A stretch of 37,166 nt of DNA, from the NCBI GenBank assembly GCA_964509475.1, contig CAZDXJ010000017.1, positions 1 to 37,166 of the forward strand, written 5' to 3'. Below are positions 9,257 through 19,882 of the stretch, one piece after another; the first letter of the stretch is position 1; every line of letters starts with the position of its first letter. Under the pieces are notes generated by a model that made no database searches, was not told the DNA's origin, and worked only from the letters and a program-made list of their open reading frames with translations. This DNA comes from an uncultured Methylococcaceae bacterium. GTDB lineage: Bacteria > Pseudomonadota > Gammaproteobacteria > Methylococcales > Methylomonadaceae. Both the position numbers and the translations under genes were made by a program.

Positions 9257-10888
9257 TTAATAGGCGGGCTGCAATTCCACATGACGTACAGCAGAAGTTT
9301 CATTCAAGACACGCCCCAGAAGATGTATTCGTATTTCATCGCTATGGGCAACTTGAAGCTGGATTAAGTCTCCTGAATTAAAAAACGAGCTGTTATAAAT
9401 AATACAATCCTTGTTATACAAGGATTGAGTTGCGGGTAATAACACGGCCCATGCCGTCAAGTCATTCTTGTTCAAACAGGCTAGTTTAGCATTCATAGAA
9501 AGCATACGAATACCCATACTCGGATGCTTGCCTTGTTCGGCATAAAGCCGGCAAACCAGACCGACTTCAATTCGGCCGGTAAAATCTGGCAAGATACCAA
9601 TAATAGCGCCGGTTTTCGCTTCGCAACGATCAGATAAACACAAGATGCGTCGGCCTTGGGGGCTAAAATCTTCAATTTTGATCGGGTGTGGATCAAATTC
9701 AGTATCCGGCACTTGCAATGATTGAACGCTTGAATGAAACCATTGCTCCGCCTGCAATTGATTCAATGTGTCTTCTTCTCTAGGCATAAATGTGTCTTTT
9801 TCTCTGGGTACAAGAGAAAATTCCCGACTTTGCTGCCGGGAATCTGTTTGTGGTTGCGTGGCTTCACAAGGTATCGGATCGTCAGGATTCAGGTGAAATA
9901 AATAAGCAACCAGAGCATCCAGCCCCATGATTGCCTTACAATACTGTTCGGTTTTGATACGTGTATTCTTGCGATATTGAGACATCCCCAACGTATTGAT
10001 GACCTTTATAAAAATACGTCTTTGAATGGATCGTTCGCGATCGTTGCCAGAAAGGGATTCGTGCAGATTCTGGTACATCTTTTTTGCCACTACAACCGGT
10101 GAAATAAAACGGATGTTATTTCCGGGACAATAGGTTTTGTTTGACATCCGTTTGGGCGGTTGATCCTGGGTTATATCAAACCGGCAATAGCTGGGAATGT
10201 ATTTTTTCTCAACTTTCGCTACAATTTTGACATATTGGACATATATTGCCAGATGCTGATAAATCCGTTTGATAAAACGGCTGCGAAACTGGTTACTGCT
10301 ACACAATTCAAAGATCAGGATCAAAGCGAACATTTCCTGAGGCGTGCTTTTATGTTGCCCATCCAGACGCAACCGATAATCCAGCAACTTCATTTTTTCC
10401 GCTTGCTGATATAAACCATAACAGCGCTGCCAGAAACCAGGAAAAGGATCGGCATAAACCTCCTTGGAATACAAAAAGGAAGTCCCCAAAGCGGATAACG
10501 CCAGGTAAATACAACGCGCTACCGGTTCCTTGCGATGAAACAGGGATATTTCACGCACGCCGGCTGTAAATGCATCCGCCAGTCCGGCATAAAAATCAAT
10601 TAATAAATGAACGGCTTGAGATAATTCTGTTGACAAAGGGAATACAGCATCCAGACAGGATGCTTCCATTTGATTGGCATAAAGCGAGGCAAAATCCTGT
10701 ATTTTTTGCAAAAAGGCAAGGTATTGACTGATTTCCAGATTCTGCATTTTCAAACTTGGCAATACAAGGCGTAATTCCGTTAAAATTTTATCGGGACTGT
10801 TATTATGGATACGAGGCAAATATTCCAGCCAGATAGACAAGTTTTTTTCTGTCAAATCAAATGGCAAAGGCAAATTATCAGATGTCAT
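9257..10888 (-). CDS. Hypothetical 543-aa soluble protein with no family I can assign. It is visibly AT-richer than its flanking genes.
   Basis: Long uninterrupted ORF with an ATG start. No TM segments, P-loop or HExxH motif. Contains an internal 24-nt tandem duplication encoding PREKDTFM/PREEDTLN. Divergent from prlC. Confidence 0.55.
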   Translation of the reverse strand: MTSDNLPLPFDLTEKNLSIWLEYLPRIHNNSPDKILTELRLVLPSLKMQNLEISQYLAFLQKIQDFASLYANQMEASCLDAVFPLSTELSQAVHLLIDFYAGLADAFTAGVREISLFHRKEPVARCIYLALSALGTSFLYSKEVYADPFPGFWQRCYGLYQQAEKMKLLDYRLRLDGQHKSTPQEMFALILIFELCSSNQFRSRFIKRIYQHLAIYVQYVKIVAKVEKKYIPSYCRFDITQDQPPKRMSNKTYCPGNNIRFISPVVVAKKMYQNLHESLSGNDRERSIQRRIFIKVINTLGMSQYRKNTRIKTEQYCKAIMGLDALVAYLFHLNPDDPIPCEATQPQTDSRQQSREFSLVPREKDTFMPREEDTLNQLQAEQWFHSSVQSLQVPDTEFDPHPIKIEDFSPQGRRILCLSDRCEAKTGAIIGILPDFTGRIEVGLVCRLYAEQGKHPSMGIRMLSMNAKLACLNKNDLTAWAVLLPATQSLYNKDCIIYNSSFFNSGDLIQLQVAHSDEIRIHLLGRVLNETSAVRHVELQPAY

Positions 10889-10951
10889 GATCGGATTTCC
10901 ATGTAAAATACAATAAATAATTTAGCGATAATACGCGATACCTGAAAAAAA

Positions 10952-12991
10952 ATGAACAATCCACTTTTAAACAATCCCCCTTTACCCTTGTTTTCTAAAA
11001 TCAAGCCGGAACATATCGAACCGGCTATCGAACAACTTATCGAACAGGCCCGCTGCATCATAGCCAAACAGCTGGCGGCTACAGACCATTATAGCTGGAA
11101 AAATCTGATTGAACCGCTGGAAGAGGTCAATGATCGTTTAAACAAAGCCTGGTCACCGGTCAGCCATATAAATTCGGTGGTCAACAACGAGGCGCTGCGC
11201 GAGGCTTATAACGCCTGCTTGCCAAAATTAAGCGAATACGCGACCGAAACCGGCCAGAATGAAGATTTGTATGCCGCTTATCGTTCAATTCGTGAAGGCG
11301 AGGAATGGGCAAGCCTGGATTATGCCCAACAAAAAATCATTGACAATGCCTTGCGTGATTTTCATCTATCCGGCGTTGATCTGAAGCCGGACGACAAACA
11401 GCGTTTCAAGGCAATCAGCCGTGAACTGGCACAACTGAGCAGCAAATTTGAAGAAAACCTGCTCGATGCAAGCCATGCCTGGAGCAAACCTGTCGAAAAC
11501 GCTGAACAACTTCAGGGCCTTCCCGAAACCGCTCTGCAACAAGCCCGGCAAGCGGCAAAAACACGCGATCGGCCGGGATACCTGCTTACGTTGGAGTTTC
11601 CATCCTATCTGGCGGCGATGACCTATGCCGATGACCGGCAATTACGTGAAGAACTTTATACCGCCTACAATACCCGTGCTTCCGATCAAGGCCCACAGGC
11701 ACCGCAATGGGATAATACCGAAATTATGGAAAAACTGTTGGCTTTACGGCATGAAAAAGCGCAATTGTTGGGCTTTAAAAATTACGCCGAATTGTCTTTG
11801 GTCACCAAAATGGCGGAAAATCCGGAACAAGTCGTTAGCTTTCTGGAGGAACTGGCCAAAAAATCCAAACCCCAGGCGGAACGCGATTTGGAAAACTTGC
11901 GCCGTTTCGCCCACGAACAATACCGGCTGGACGATTTGCAGGTCTGGGATATCCCTTATTATTCGGAAAAAATGCGCCAGCATTGTTATCAACTTTCCCA
12001 GGAAGAAGTTAAAGCCTATTTTCCAATAACCCGGGTGCTGCCTGGCTTGTTTGCCGTGGTCGAAAAACTGTATGGCCTGAAAATCAGTGAAATACACGAT
12101 TTCGATCGCTGGCATGAAGACGTGCGTTTTTTCCAGATTCACGACCGGCAAGGCCAGTTACGTGGCCGATTTTATACCGATTTATACGCACGTCCGCAAA
12201 AACGCGGCGGCGCCTGGATGGATGATTGTGTTTCCCGCAAAAAAACCGATGCCAAAATACAAACCCCGACCGCTTATCTGACCTGTAATTTCACTCCACC
12301 GAGCGGTTCCGATCCGGCCCTGTTGAGCCACGATGAAGTCATCACCCTGTTTCATGAATTTGGCCACGGTTTGCATCATATGCTGACCCAGGTAGATTAT
12401 CTGGGTGTTTCCGGTATCAACGGCGTCGCCTGGGATGCGGTTGAACTGCCCAGTCAGTTCATGGAAAACTGGTGTTGGCAATACGAAGCCTTGCAGCTGA
12501 TTTCAGGCCATTATCAAACCGGGGCGGTTTTGCCGGAAACCTTGTTCAAAAAAATGCTGGCGGCAAAAAATTTCCAGTCCGGGATGCAGATGGTCCGGCA
12601 ACTGGAGTTCAGTTTGTTTGATTTTCTGTTGCATTGGCAATACGATCCCAAACAAGGTGGCCGCATTTACCCGACGCTCGACAAGGTTCGCCAACAGGTC
12701 GCTGTCGTGCTTCCGCCGCCATTCAATCGTTTCGCGCACGGCTTTTCCCATATCTTTGCCGGTGGTTATGCGGCCGGCTATTACAGCTACAAATGGGCTG
12801 AGGTTTTGTCCAGCGATGCCTTTTCCCTGTTTGAAGAAAACGGCATTTTCGATCAGGACACTGGCGCTTCCTTTCTGCACAATATCCTGGAACAAGGCGG
12901 TGCCCGGGATGCCATGACCTTGTTTGTCAAGTTTCGCGGGCGTGAACCCAAAATCGATGCCCTGCTCCGCCACAATGGAATCGCAGCATGA
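10952..12991 (+). CDS. prlC: Oligopeptidase A (M3 family zinc metallopeptidase).
   Basis: 679 aa. HEFGHGLHH zinc motif, and the downstream E of the HExxH...E triad, in the expected positions. Overall colinear with PrlC. Confidence 0.9.
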   Translation: MNNPLLNNPPLPLFSKIKPEHIEPAIEQLIEQARCIIAKQLAATDHYSWKNLIEPLEEVNDRLNKAWSPVSHINSVVNNEALREAYNACLPKLSEYATETGQNEDLYAAYRSIREGEEWASLDYAQQKIIDNALRDFHLSGVDLKPDDKQRFKAISRELAQLSSKFEENLLDASHAWSKPVENAEQLQGLPETALQQARQAAKTRDRPGYLLTLEFPSYLAAMTYADDRQLREELYTAYNTRASDQGPQAPQWDNTEIMEKLLALRHEKAQLLGFKNYAELSLVTKMAENPEQVVSFLEELAKKSKPQAERDLENLRRFAHEQYRLDDLQVWDIPYYSEKMRQHCYQLSQEEVKAYFPITRVLPGLFAVVEKLYGLKISEIHDFDRWHEDVRFFQIHDRQGQLRGRFYTDLYARPQKRGGAWMDDCVSRKKTDAKIQTPTAYLTCNFTPPSGSDPALLSHDEVITLFHEFGHGLHHMLTQVDYLGVSGINGVAWDAVELPSQFMENWCWQYEALQLISGHYQTGAVLPETLFKKMLAAKNFQSGMQMVRQLEFSLFDFLLHWQYDPKQGGRIYPTLDKVRQQVAVVLPPPFNRFAHGFSHIFAGGYAAGYYSYKWAEVLSSDAFSLFEENGIFDQDTGASFLHNILEQGGARDAMTLFVKFRGREPKIDALLRHNGIAA

Positions 12992-14445
12992 AATACAAAG
13001 ACTTGCGGGACTTTATTCGCTTACTGGAAACCCAAGGCGAATTAAAACGCATCCAGTATCCAGCGGATCCGGTTCTGCAAATCACCGAGATTTGTGATCG
13101 AACCTTGAAACAACAAGGTCCGGCGTTATTATTTGAAAATCCTAAAAATTCATCGATACCCTTGCTGGCCAACCTGTTTGGCACAAGCCATCGCGTCGCC
13201 CTGGGCATGGGTGCCGATTCTGTCGATAAACTCCAGGAAATCGGTCAATTGCTGGCCTATTTGAAAGAGCCGGAACCGCCTAAAGGCATGAAAGATGCGT
13301 TTGACAAATTGCCGGTATTCAAACAAGTGTTGAACATGGCGCCAAAACTTGTCAAAAATCCACCTTGCCAGCAAGTCGTATTACGTGGTGATGAGATTGA
13401 CTTGTCGCTTTATCCCATCCAGACTTGTTGGCCGGAAGATGCGGCACCACTGATTACCTGGCCTTTGGTGATCACCAAAGGACCCCATAAAGACCGGCAA
13501 AACCTCGGCATTTACCGGCAACAGGTGATTGCCAGAAACAAGGTCATCATGCGCTGGCTTGCCCATCGGGGCGGCGCCCTGGATTTCAGGGAATGGCAGC
13601 AAACCCATCCTGGCGAAGCGTTTCCGGTCAGCGTGGCCTTAGGTGCCGATCCGGCGACGATACTGGCGGCGGTCACCCCGATTCCCGATGCCTTGTCCGA
13701 ATACGCATTTGCCGGTCTGCTGCGCGGCAGTAAAACCGAAGTTGCCGACTGTTTCGGTAATGACTTGCAAGTACCCGCCAGCGCCGAAATTGTTTTGGAG
13801 GGCTTTATTTATCCAGGCGAAACCGCCCGTGAAGGGCCTTATGGCGATCACACCGGTTATTATAATGAAGTGGAAGAATTTCCGGTGTTCACGATTGAAA
13901 CCATCAGCCAGCGCCAGAACCCGATCTATCACAGTACCTACACCGGCCGGCCTCCTGATGAACCGGCGATTTTAGGTGTGGCCCTGAATGAAGTGTTCGT
14001 GCCGATACTGCAAAAACAATTCCCTGAAATCCTGGATTTTTACCTGCCGCCGGAAGGTTGCTCCTACCGCATGGCCGTCATTCGAATGAAAAAACAATAT
14101 GCCGGTCATGCCAAGCGGGTCATGCTTGGCACCTGGTCATTCCTGCGCCAGTTCATGTACACCAAGTTTGTCATTGTCGTCGATGAGGACGTCAACGCCC
14201 GTGACTGGAAAGACGTGATTTGGGCCATGACCACACGCATGGATCCAGCCCGGGACATTACCCTGCTGGAAAATACCCCTATCGACTATCTGGATTTTGC
14301 CTCACCGGTTTCCGGTCTGGGTTCTAAAGCCGGTTTTGACGCCACCAACAAATGGCCGGGAGAAACCCGGCGCGAATGGGGACGACCCATCGTTATGTCA
14401 TCGGATATTATCAAACAGGTTGATGAAATCTGGGATACCTTGTAA
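12988..14445 (+). CDS. ubiD: 4-hydroxy-3-polyprenylbenzoate decarboxylase UbiD.
   Basis: 485 aa. N-terminus [22 protein letters not shown] is characteristic of UbiD. ATGA overlap with the prlC stop. Confidence 0.9.
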   Translation: MKYKDLRDFIRLLETQGELKRIQYPADPVLQITEICDRTLKQQGPALLFENPKNSSIPLLANLFGTSHRVALGMGADSVDKLQEIGQLLAYLKEPEPPKGMKDAFDKLPVFKQVLNMAPKLVKNPPCQQVVLRGDEIDLSLYPIQTCWPEDAAPLITWPLVITKGPHKDRQNLGIYRQQVIARNKVIMRWLAHRGGALDFREWQQTHPGEAFPVSVALGADPATILAAVTPIPDALSEYAFAGLLRGSKTEVADCFGNDLQVPASAEIVLEGFIYPGETAREGPYGDHTGYYNEVEEFPVFTIETISQRQNPIYHSTYTGRPPDEPAILGVALNEVFVPILQKQFPEILDFYLPPEGCSYRMAVIRMKKQYAGHAKRVMLGTWSFLRQFMYTKFVIVVDEDVNARDWKDVIWAMTTRMDPARDITLLENTPIDYLDFASPVSGLGSKAGFDATNKWPGETRREWGRPIVMSSDIIKQVDEIWDTL

Positions 14446-14557
14446 TCCGTATCCAGCCTTAGCCTTTGCCGGCCTTCTAACAGAGCATGAAACGGCGGAT
14501 TTTGAACCTTGCCGGAGCAGCGGTTGCGGCAACAACAAGAGCTGACAGCCGCCAGCT

Positions 14558-16048
14558 TCATTGCTGCAATCGCTTTTCCAGATACTCACACAAGGTTTTC
14601 AATATCTTGATGCGTGCATACCGTTTATCATTACCCTCAATCAATAACCAGGGCGCCTTTCGGGTACTGGTGCGCATGACCATTTCATTGACCGCCAATT
14701 CGTAATCGGCCCATTTTTCACGGTTCCGATAGTCTTCCGCCGTGATTTTATATTGTTTGTAAGGAATCTGTTCGCGCTGTTTGAAGCGTTTCAGTTGTTC
14801 GTCTTTGTCAATATGCAGCCAGAATTTCAATACCAGGATGCCATGTTCGCTCAACTCTTCTTCAAAATTTACAATCTCGGCATAAGCCCGTTTCCATTCC
14901 TGCCGTCTTGCAAAGCCTTCAACCCGCTCGACAAGCACCCGGCCATACCAACTCCGATCATAAATCGTCACTTTGCCGGCGCGGGGAATATGCCGCCAAA
15001 AACGCCAGAGGTAATGATGCTGTTTTTCTTCATCCGTTGGCGCGCCTATGGAAATAACCTGGTAATTGCGGGCATCGATAGCACGGGTAATGCGCCGGAT
15101 AGCGCCGCCCTTGCCGGCCGCGTCCCAACCTTCAAACACCAACACGACCGACACTTTTTTGTTTTTGGCGATCCAGCTTAATTTGTTCAGTTTGCCTTGA
15201 TAATACTCCAGCCGGGTTTGATAGGTTTTTTTGTCCAGACGACAGCTCAAATCCAGGGAATCCAGCAAGACAGCCTGTTCGTACTCAATACCAGAATGGT
15301 ATTCATCACTGTTTTCGATCAGCTTACGGCTCGATTGCCGGTATGCGATATGTTCGGTGATCCGGGACAGAATGTGTTTTCCCACTGTCAAACTGCTGTA
15401 ATGAATATCGCTGCCATCGATGATTAACCACGGTGCCTGGCCGGTACTGGTCTCGGTCAACACCTTTTCCGCAACCCCAACAAAATCATCATACATTTGC
15501 AGATGTTTTTTATCTTTTTTCGTCACCCGCCAGGCGGTATCAGGATTTTTTTCCAAGGCCCGCAGACGCTTTTTCTGGATGTCTTTTTTCAAATGCAGCC
15601 AACATTTGATAATCAACGCGCCATCATCAATCAACTCCTTTTCCAATTGCTTGATATGCATTAACTCCAATTGCAACCGGTCATCTTTAATCAGTCCATA
15701 AACACGCCGTGACAGCGGCTCGCTATACCAGGAACCGACATAAATACCCATTCGCCCCCGTTGCGGGAATGTTCGCCAAAACCGCCAAAACCGGGGCCGT
15801 TCCTTTTCTTCATCACTCGCCTCATCAAATGCATTGGTGCGCATCAAACGGGGGTCCATCCATTCATTGAGTAAATTGATAACTTCACCCTTGCCACCGC
15901 CATCAACCCCGGAAATCAGGATGAGTACGGTAAAATCACATTTTTCAAGTTGCATCTGCGCGGTTAGCAACGCTGTTCTCAGGTCGGGTATTTGCTGATT
16001 GTAATCTTCTTTTTTTACCTTATGGCCCAACTCGGCAATTTCAAACAT
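14558..16048 (-). CDS. pap: Polyphosphate:AMP phosphotransferase (two-domain PPK2 family).
   Basis: 496 aa with two PPK2 repeats. Each repeat has a Walker-A-like segment (SGVDGGGKG and EGWDAAGKG) and a lid motif (FWRFWRTFPQRG and LWRFWRHIPRAG). Confidence 0.85.
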   Translation of the reverse strand: MFEIAELGHKVKKEDYNQQIPDLRTALLTAQMQLEKCDFTVLILISGVDGGGKGEVINLLNEWMDPRLMRTNAFDEASDEEKERPRFWRFWRTFPQRGRMGIYVGSWYSEPLSRRVYGLIKDDRLQLELMHIKQLEKELIDDGALIIKCWLHLKKDIQKKRLRALEKNPDTAWRVTKKDKKHLQMYDDFVGVAEKVLTETSTGQAPWLIIDGSDIHYSSLTVGKHILSRITEHIAYRQSSRKLIENSDEYHSGIEYEQAVLLDSLDLSCRLDKKTYQTRLEYYQGKLNKLSWIAKNKKVSVVLVFEGWDAAGKGGAIRRITRAIDARNYQVISIGAPTDEEKQHHYLWRFWRHIPRAGKVTIYDRSWYGRVLVERVEGFARRQEWKRAYAEIVNFEEELSEHGILVLKFWLHIDKDEQLKRFKQREQIPYKQYKITAEDYRNREKWADYELAVNEMVMRTSTRKAPWLLIEGNDKRYARIKILKTLCEYLEKRLQQ

Positions 16049-16171
16049 GGTGATACTATACCTTTGTCTTCATCATCAAAAGATACAATTATAGAGGTTC
16101 GGGATAATAAAAATGAGCTTTGACCGTCACAGTGATAGAATGCAGTTCATGTTTACAACTTGTACGAATTT

Positions 16172-16657
16172 ATGACATTTACAACGGCTGATCTCTGTGA
16201 CCAATATGCCCATTCAGAACATTTCCAGATTGCAGAGCCTATTTTCAAATCGTTTGGCGCCAATCCTGCATTTTGCGGACAAATTACTACATTAAAAGTT
16301 TTTGAGGACAACATTCTGGTTAGGGAGACACTTTCACAAAAAGTCAATAACCGGGTTTTGGTCATTGATGGCGGTGGCTCCCACCGCTGTGCCTTGTTGG
16401 GCAGCGATCTGGCACAAATGGCTTATGATAATGGCTGGCAAGGTATTGTCGTCTATGGCTGTATCCGGGATACGGTGCAAATCAGCCGAATACCGCTTGG
16501 CATCCGGGCATTACATGCCCATCCTTTAAAAAGCCGTAAACGGGGCGGTGGCAACAAAAACGTTCTGATCAGCTTTGCCGGTATTAATTTCAAAAAAGAT
16601 CATTTTTTGTTTACTGATGAAGACGGAATGATCGTATCCGAAACCCAATTGAGGTAG
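16172..16657 (+). CDS. rraA: RraA-family protein (ribonuclease E activity regulator; 4-hydroxy-4-methyl-2-oxoglutarate aldolase-like).
   Basis: MTFTTADLCDQYAHSEHFQI...VLVIDGGGS...GWQGIVVYGCIRD is typical of RraA/MenG. The track ORF begins at a TTG at 16160; the in-frame ATG at 16172 is preferred. Confidence 0.85.
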   Translation: MTFTTADLCDQYAHSEHFQIAEPIFKSFGANPAFCGQITTLKVFEDNILVRETLSQKVNNRVLVIDGGGSHRCALLGSDLAQMAYDNGWQGIVVYGCIRDTVQISRIPLGIRALHAHPLKSRKRGGGNKNVLISFAGINFKKDHFLFTDEDGMIVSETQLR

Positions 16658-16694
16658 AATAACTTTGTTAATAACCAAGCAATAGTCTCAAGAT

Positions 16695-17648
16695 ATGCAA
16701 ATTATATTAGCTAACCCGCGCGGATTTTGCGCGGGCGTCGATCGGGCCATTGATATTGTCGATCATGCATTGGAAGCCTTCGGAGCACCGATTTATGTTC
16801 GTCATGAGGTGGTTCATAACCGCACGGTCGTCGAAGGATTAAGAGCAAAAGGTGCTATCTTTATTGAAGATATTGCCGATGTTCCGGTGGGTTCTTATTT
16901 GATCTTCAGTGCTCATGGCGTATCAAAAAAAGTCCAACAAGAGGCCAAAGCACGCAACTTGACAATATTTGACGCCACCTGCCCATTGGTTACCAAAGTC
17001 CATATCCAGGTATCCAAACATGCCCGCAACGATACTGAAGTCATTTTAATTGGCCATGCCGGCCACCCCGAAGTTGAAGGCACGATGGGGCAATACGAAA
17101 AATGTACCGAACATGGTGATATTTACCTGGTTGAGACACCCGAAGATGTCGCCAGGCTAAAAGTCAATAATCCCGACAAACTGGCCTATGTGACCCAAAC
17201 CACATTGTCCATAACCGATACCCGGATTATGGTTGAGGCCTTGCGTAAACATTTTCCAGCCATTCAAGGTCAGAAAAAAGACGATATTTGTTATGCAACC
17301 CAAAACCGGCAAGATGCAGTACATGATTTAGCCAAAATAGCCGACCTCATTCTGGTTGTAGGTTCACCGAACAGCTCAAACTCCAATCGCCTGCGTGAAA
17401 TTGCCGAACAACTGGGCAAACCGGCTTATCTCATCGATACCGCCCGGGATATGCACAAGGAATGGATCGATGGCATTGATGTTGTCGGCGTTACAGCCGG
17501 CGCTTCCGCTCCTGAAATTTTGGTGCAGGAAGTGATCGAACAGCTTACATTGTGGGGTGGTCAGACAACTGTTGAAAATCAGGGCAAGGAAGAAAGAGTC
17601 GTGTTTTCCCTGCCCAAGGTATTACAAGCACAGATCAGGCAACAATAA
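16695..17648 (+). CDS. ispH: 4-hydroxy-3-methylbut-2-enyl diphosphate reductase IspH (LytB).
   Basis: 317 aa. [19 protein letters not shown]...[10 protein letters not shown]...[13 protein letters not shown] contains the three conserved IspH cysteines. Confidence 0.95.
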   Translation: MQIILANPRGFCAGVDRAIDIVDHALEAFGAPIYVRHEVVHNRTVVEGLRAKGAIFIEDIADVPVGSYLIFSAHGVSKKVQQEAKARNLTIFDATCPLVTKVHIQVSKHARNDTEVILIGHAGHPEVEGTMGQYEKCTEHGDIYLVETPEDVARLKVNNPDKLAYVTQTTLSITDTRIMVEALRKHFPAIQGQKKDDICYATQNRQDAVHDLAKIADLILVVGSPNSSNSNRLREIAEQLGKPAYLIDTARDMHKEWIDGIDVVGVTAGASAPEILVQEVIEQLTLWGGQTTVENQGKEERVVFSLPKVLQAQIRQQ

Positions 17649-17740
17649 ATCAACCGCCTATCTGTTTTATTGCATTTAGCGATGGCGGATTTGTCGCACC
17701 GATATCAATGCACATTTCCACAGGGAAATGGTTCCCGTTT

Positions 17741-17798
17741 GGTATCGACTCACCCCCCTCTGAAAAGCCGGTGCAGGTTGTTGATTTATCAGGCTTGC
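17741..17798. repeat. Copy 1 of a ~60-bp intergenic repeat (GGTATCGACTCACCCC(C)CTCTGAAAAGCCGGTGCAGGTTGTTGATTTATCAGGCTTGC).
   Basis: The reverse complement of 36704-36764 matches this segment almost base-for-base. There is one C-run length difference, then a TTA insertion and a G/A substitution near the end. Confidence 0.8.
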
Positions 17799-18119
17799 CC
17801 TTACCCATTGCCATTAAGTTAAGCCCTTTTGTTGAATGGATTTATGGATGTAGGTGCGGATTTATCCAGCCATTCGCAGAAAAGCTGGATTTATCCGCAT
17901 AGTACAACAAGCCGCACCGGCACCCAAATCATTTAATGGCAGTGGCCCCGATGGCCGGTTCATTTTCCGCATCCGTGATGCATGCGGAGTATAACGTATC
18001 ACACAGCTTCTGAAAGACATCGTTTTATCCTGTTCAAAAACACGGGTTCAGGCTTATACAAGTTTTGGTGTATTTGCAAAACATTAACCGGACAGGCAAT
18101 ATTTTGTATTGTACCCGCT

Positions 18120-19031
18120 ATGAATATACAGTTGTGCCGGTTTGAACGGCAATTTAATGTTTCAACGCTTACTCAACTGCCTGATCCGTGGTTAAGACAG
18201 CAAGGGATAGAGGTCTGGATAAAAAGAGATGATCGGCTGCATCCGGTTATTTCCGGCAACAAATGGCGTAAACTGAAATATATTCTCGACCAAATCCTGT
18301 CGGATTCGTTGGATACTGTGATCAGCATGGGTGGCGCCTATTCCAATCATTTACATGCCCTGGCTTATGCGGGCATGAAATTAGGTTTTAAGACAGCTGC
18401 GTTTATACGCGGGGAAGCTGTTTATCCACTGAACCCGACTTTGCAGGATGTCCGGCAATGGGGGATGCGGCTGAATTTTGTTTCGCGTGGTGCTTATCGG
18501 GAGTTGCGTAATTATCGCGAGTGTACAGATTTGCCAGGTTTGGAGCATGAACAATATTGGTTGCCTGAAGGTGGCGCGTTGCCGCTGGCTTTGCTGGGGG
18601 TCAGGGAAATCGTTGCGGAAATCGATTGCGATTATGATGTTTTGTGTGTGCCTTGTGGTTCCGGGACAACTCTGGCCGGGATAATTGGCGCAGTGCCGGA
18701 AAACAAACGGGTGATCGGGTTTTCGGCTTTGAAAGGTGGCGCCTTTTTGGAGCATGAAGTCTTACGGTTGGCAGGGACGAATTTGCCGGACGGTTTACAA
18801 TGGTCGATTAATCAGGATTATCATTTTGGTGGTTTTGCCAGAATCAAGCCGCAGTTATTGAGTTTTATCAGGCATTTTGAAGAAATTAACAGGATTCCAT
18901 TGGAGCCGGTTTATACGGGCAAGATGTTTTATGGTATTTATGATTTGATCAGTAAAAATTATTTTGAACCGGGGCAGCGTATCATTGCGATACACACGGG
19001 AGGATTGCAGGGCAAAAGGGGTTTTTCCTGA
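18120..19031 (+). CDS. PLP-dependent D-cysteine desulfhydrase / 1-aminocyclopropane-1-carboxylate deaminase family protein.
   Basis: IKRDDRLHPVISGNKWRKLKYIL...SNH...CGSGTTLAGI is colinear with E. coli DcyD. The track ORF starts at 17982, but the internal ATG at 18120 (MNIQL...) fits the family N-terminus. Confidence 0.75.
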   Translation: MNIQLCRFERQFNVSTLTQLPDPWLRQQGIEVWIKRDDRLHPVISGNKWRKLKYILDQILSDSLDTVISMGGAYSNHLHALAYAGMKLGFKTAAFIRGEAVYPLNPTLQDVRQWGMRLNFVSRGAYRELRNYRECTDLPGLEHEQYWLPEGGALPLALLGVREIVAEIDCDYDVLCVPCGSGTTLAGIIGAVPENKRVIGFSALKGGAFLEHEVLRLAGTNLPDGLQWSINQDYHFGGFARIKPQLLSFIRHFEEINRIPLEPVYTGKMFYGIYDLISKNYFEPGQRIIAIHTGGLQGKRGFS

Positions 19032-19147
19032 CTCTGGTGAAGTTTATGTTGTGATAAGCGGCTTTGAAAGCCTATAATTTCAACCTTATTAATTGCATTG
19101 ACTTTATATTAAAAGTGCAAGATTTTTCATAACATAAGGGGATATTT

Positions 19148-19882
19148 ATGTGCTTTACTGCAAATATGTCACTCGGAATGGGGGCCGTTGGCCTGATCGC
19201 TTCCGGGATTACCTTGTTGGATAAAGAAGAGCAATTTTGGGTTCGTTTCGCCCGCTTTTATGCCATATTCCATTTTTCATTGATGGAGTTCATCCAGTAT
19301 TTCGCTTATCCGGTTGCCAATCAATGCGGTTATGGGACGAATTTGTTTTTAAGTGAATTGTCGACGGTGCATATCAGTTTACAGGCTTTGGCAATTATGC
19401 CGGCATTGGCAACGTATTCATCGGACAAGACGGCTATTAAAAAAGCGACACTGATCAGTGTTATCCTGAGTGGATCATTTTTAATCTGCAATGCCTTGCC
19501 GGAGAGTTGGCAGGTATTTGGCAGAAGCGGGAATTTCATCGGTGAAATGGTCGCCTGTTTGTTTATGGGGGAATATCATATCGGTTATGCGATATCGAGT
19601 GCCTATGGCTTGTATGTGACCCACGGCTCTTTGTTTGCTTTGGCATTGAGTGGGTTTTTGTGGAAGGATAATTGGAAAATTTCCAGTTATCACATGGTTA
19701 TGGCCTTGTTTACGCTGTTTATGCCGCAGTGGGTATTGGGTGTCTCGACCGGTGAGGCGGCAGCGATTTATTGCTTTTTTTCGATTCCCATTACCGTTAG
19801 TTTTCTGCCGTATTTTAAAAGATTCTTCACGGTTCACGAGGCAATGGCAGGGCGGGAATTGGCGGTCAATGATGAGTATTAG
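19148..19882 (+). CDS. Hypothetical polytopic membrane protein.
   Basis: 244 aa with about 6 hydrophobic segments. AAGGGG Shine-Dalgarno 7 nt upstream of the ATG. No recognisable catalytic motif. Confidence 0.5.
   Translation: MCFTANMSLGMGAVGLIASGITLLDKEEQFWVRFARFYAIFHFSLMEFIQYFAYPVANQCGYGTNLFLSELSTVHISLQALAIMPALATYSSDKTAIKKATLISVILSGSFLICNALPESWQVFGRSGNFIGEMVACLFMGEYHIGYAISSAYGLYVTHGSLFALALSGFLWKDNWKISSYHMVMALFTLFMPQWVLGVSTGEAAAIYCFFSIPITVSFLPYFKRFFTVHEAMAGRELAVNDEY

Noticed and set aside
9094-9303. An alternative 69-aa frame upstream of brnA (MKLLLYVMWNCSPP...) as the missing BrnT N-terminus.
   Set aside because: It shows no FEWD/KHGVSFEEA-type BrnT motifs and overlaps the 3' end of the 543-aa gene. 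It was judged a spurious frame.
9257-10888. A C-terminal PilZ (c-di-GMP binding) domain in the 543-aa protein.
   Set aside because: There is an RR-containing segment (QGRRILCLSDR), but neither the RxxxR spacing nor a downstream DxSxxG motif is present.
14446-14557. A convergent-gene terminator between ubiD and pap.
   Set aside because: Only weak, short imperfect hairpins with no T-tract are present. There is not enough evidence to call a terminator.
17708-17902. A 64-aa ORF covering repeat copy 1 (GIDSPPSEKPVQVVDLSG).
   Set aside because: The second copy of the repeat carries a 1-nt indel that destroys this frame, so conservation is at the nucleotide level rather than the protein level.
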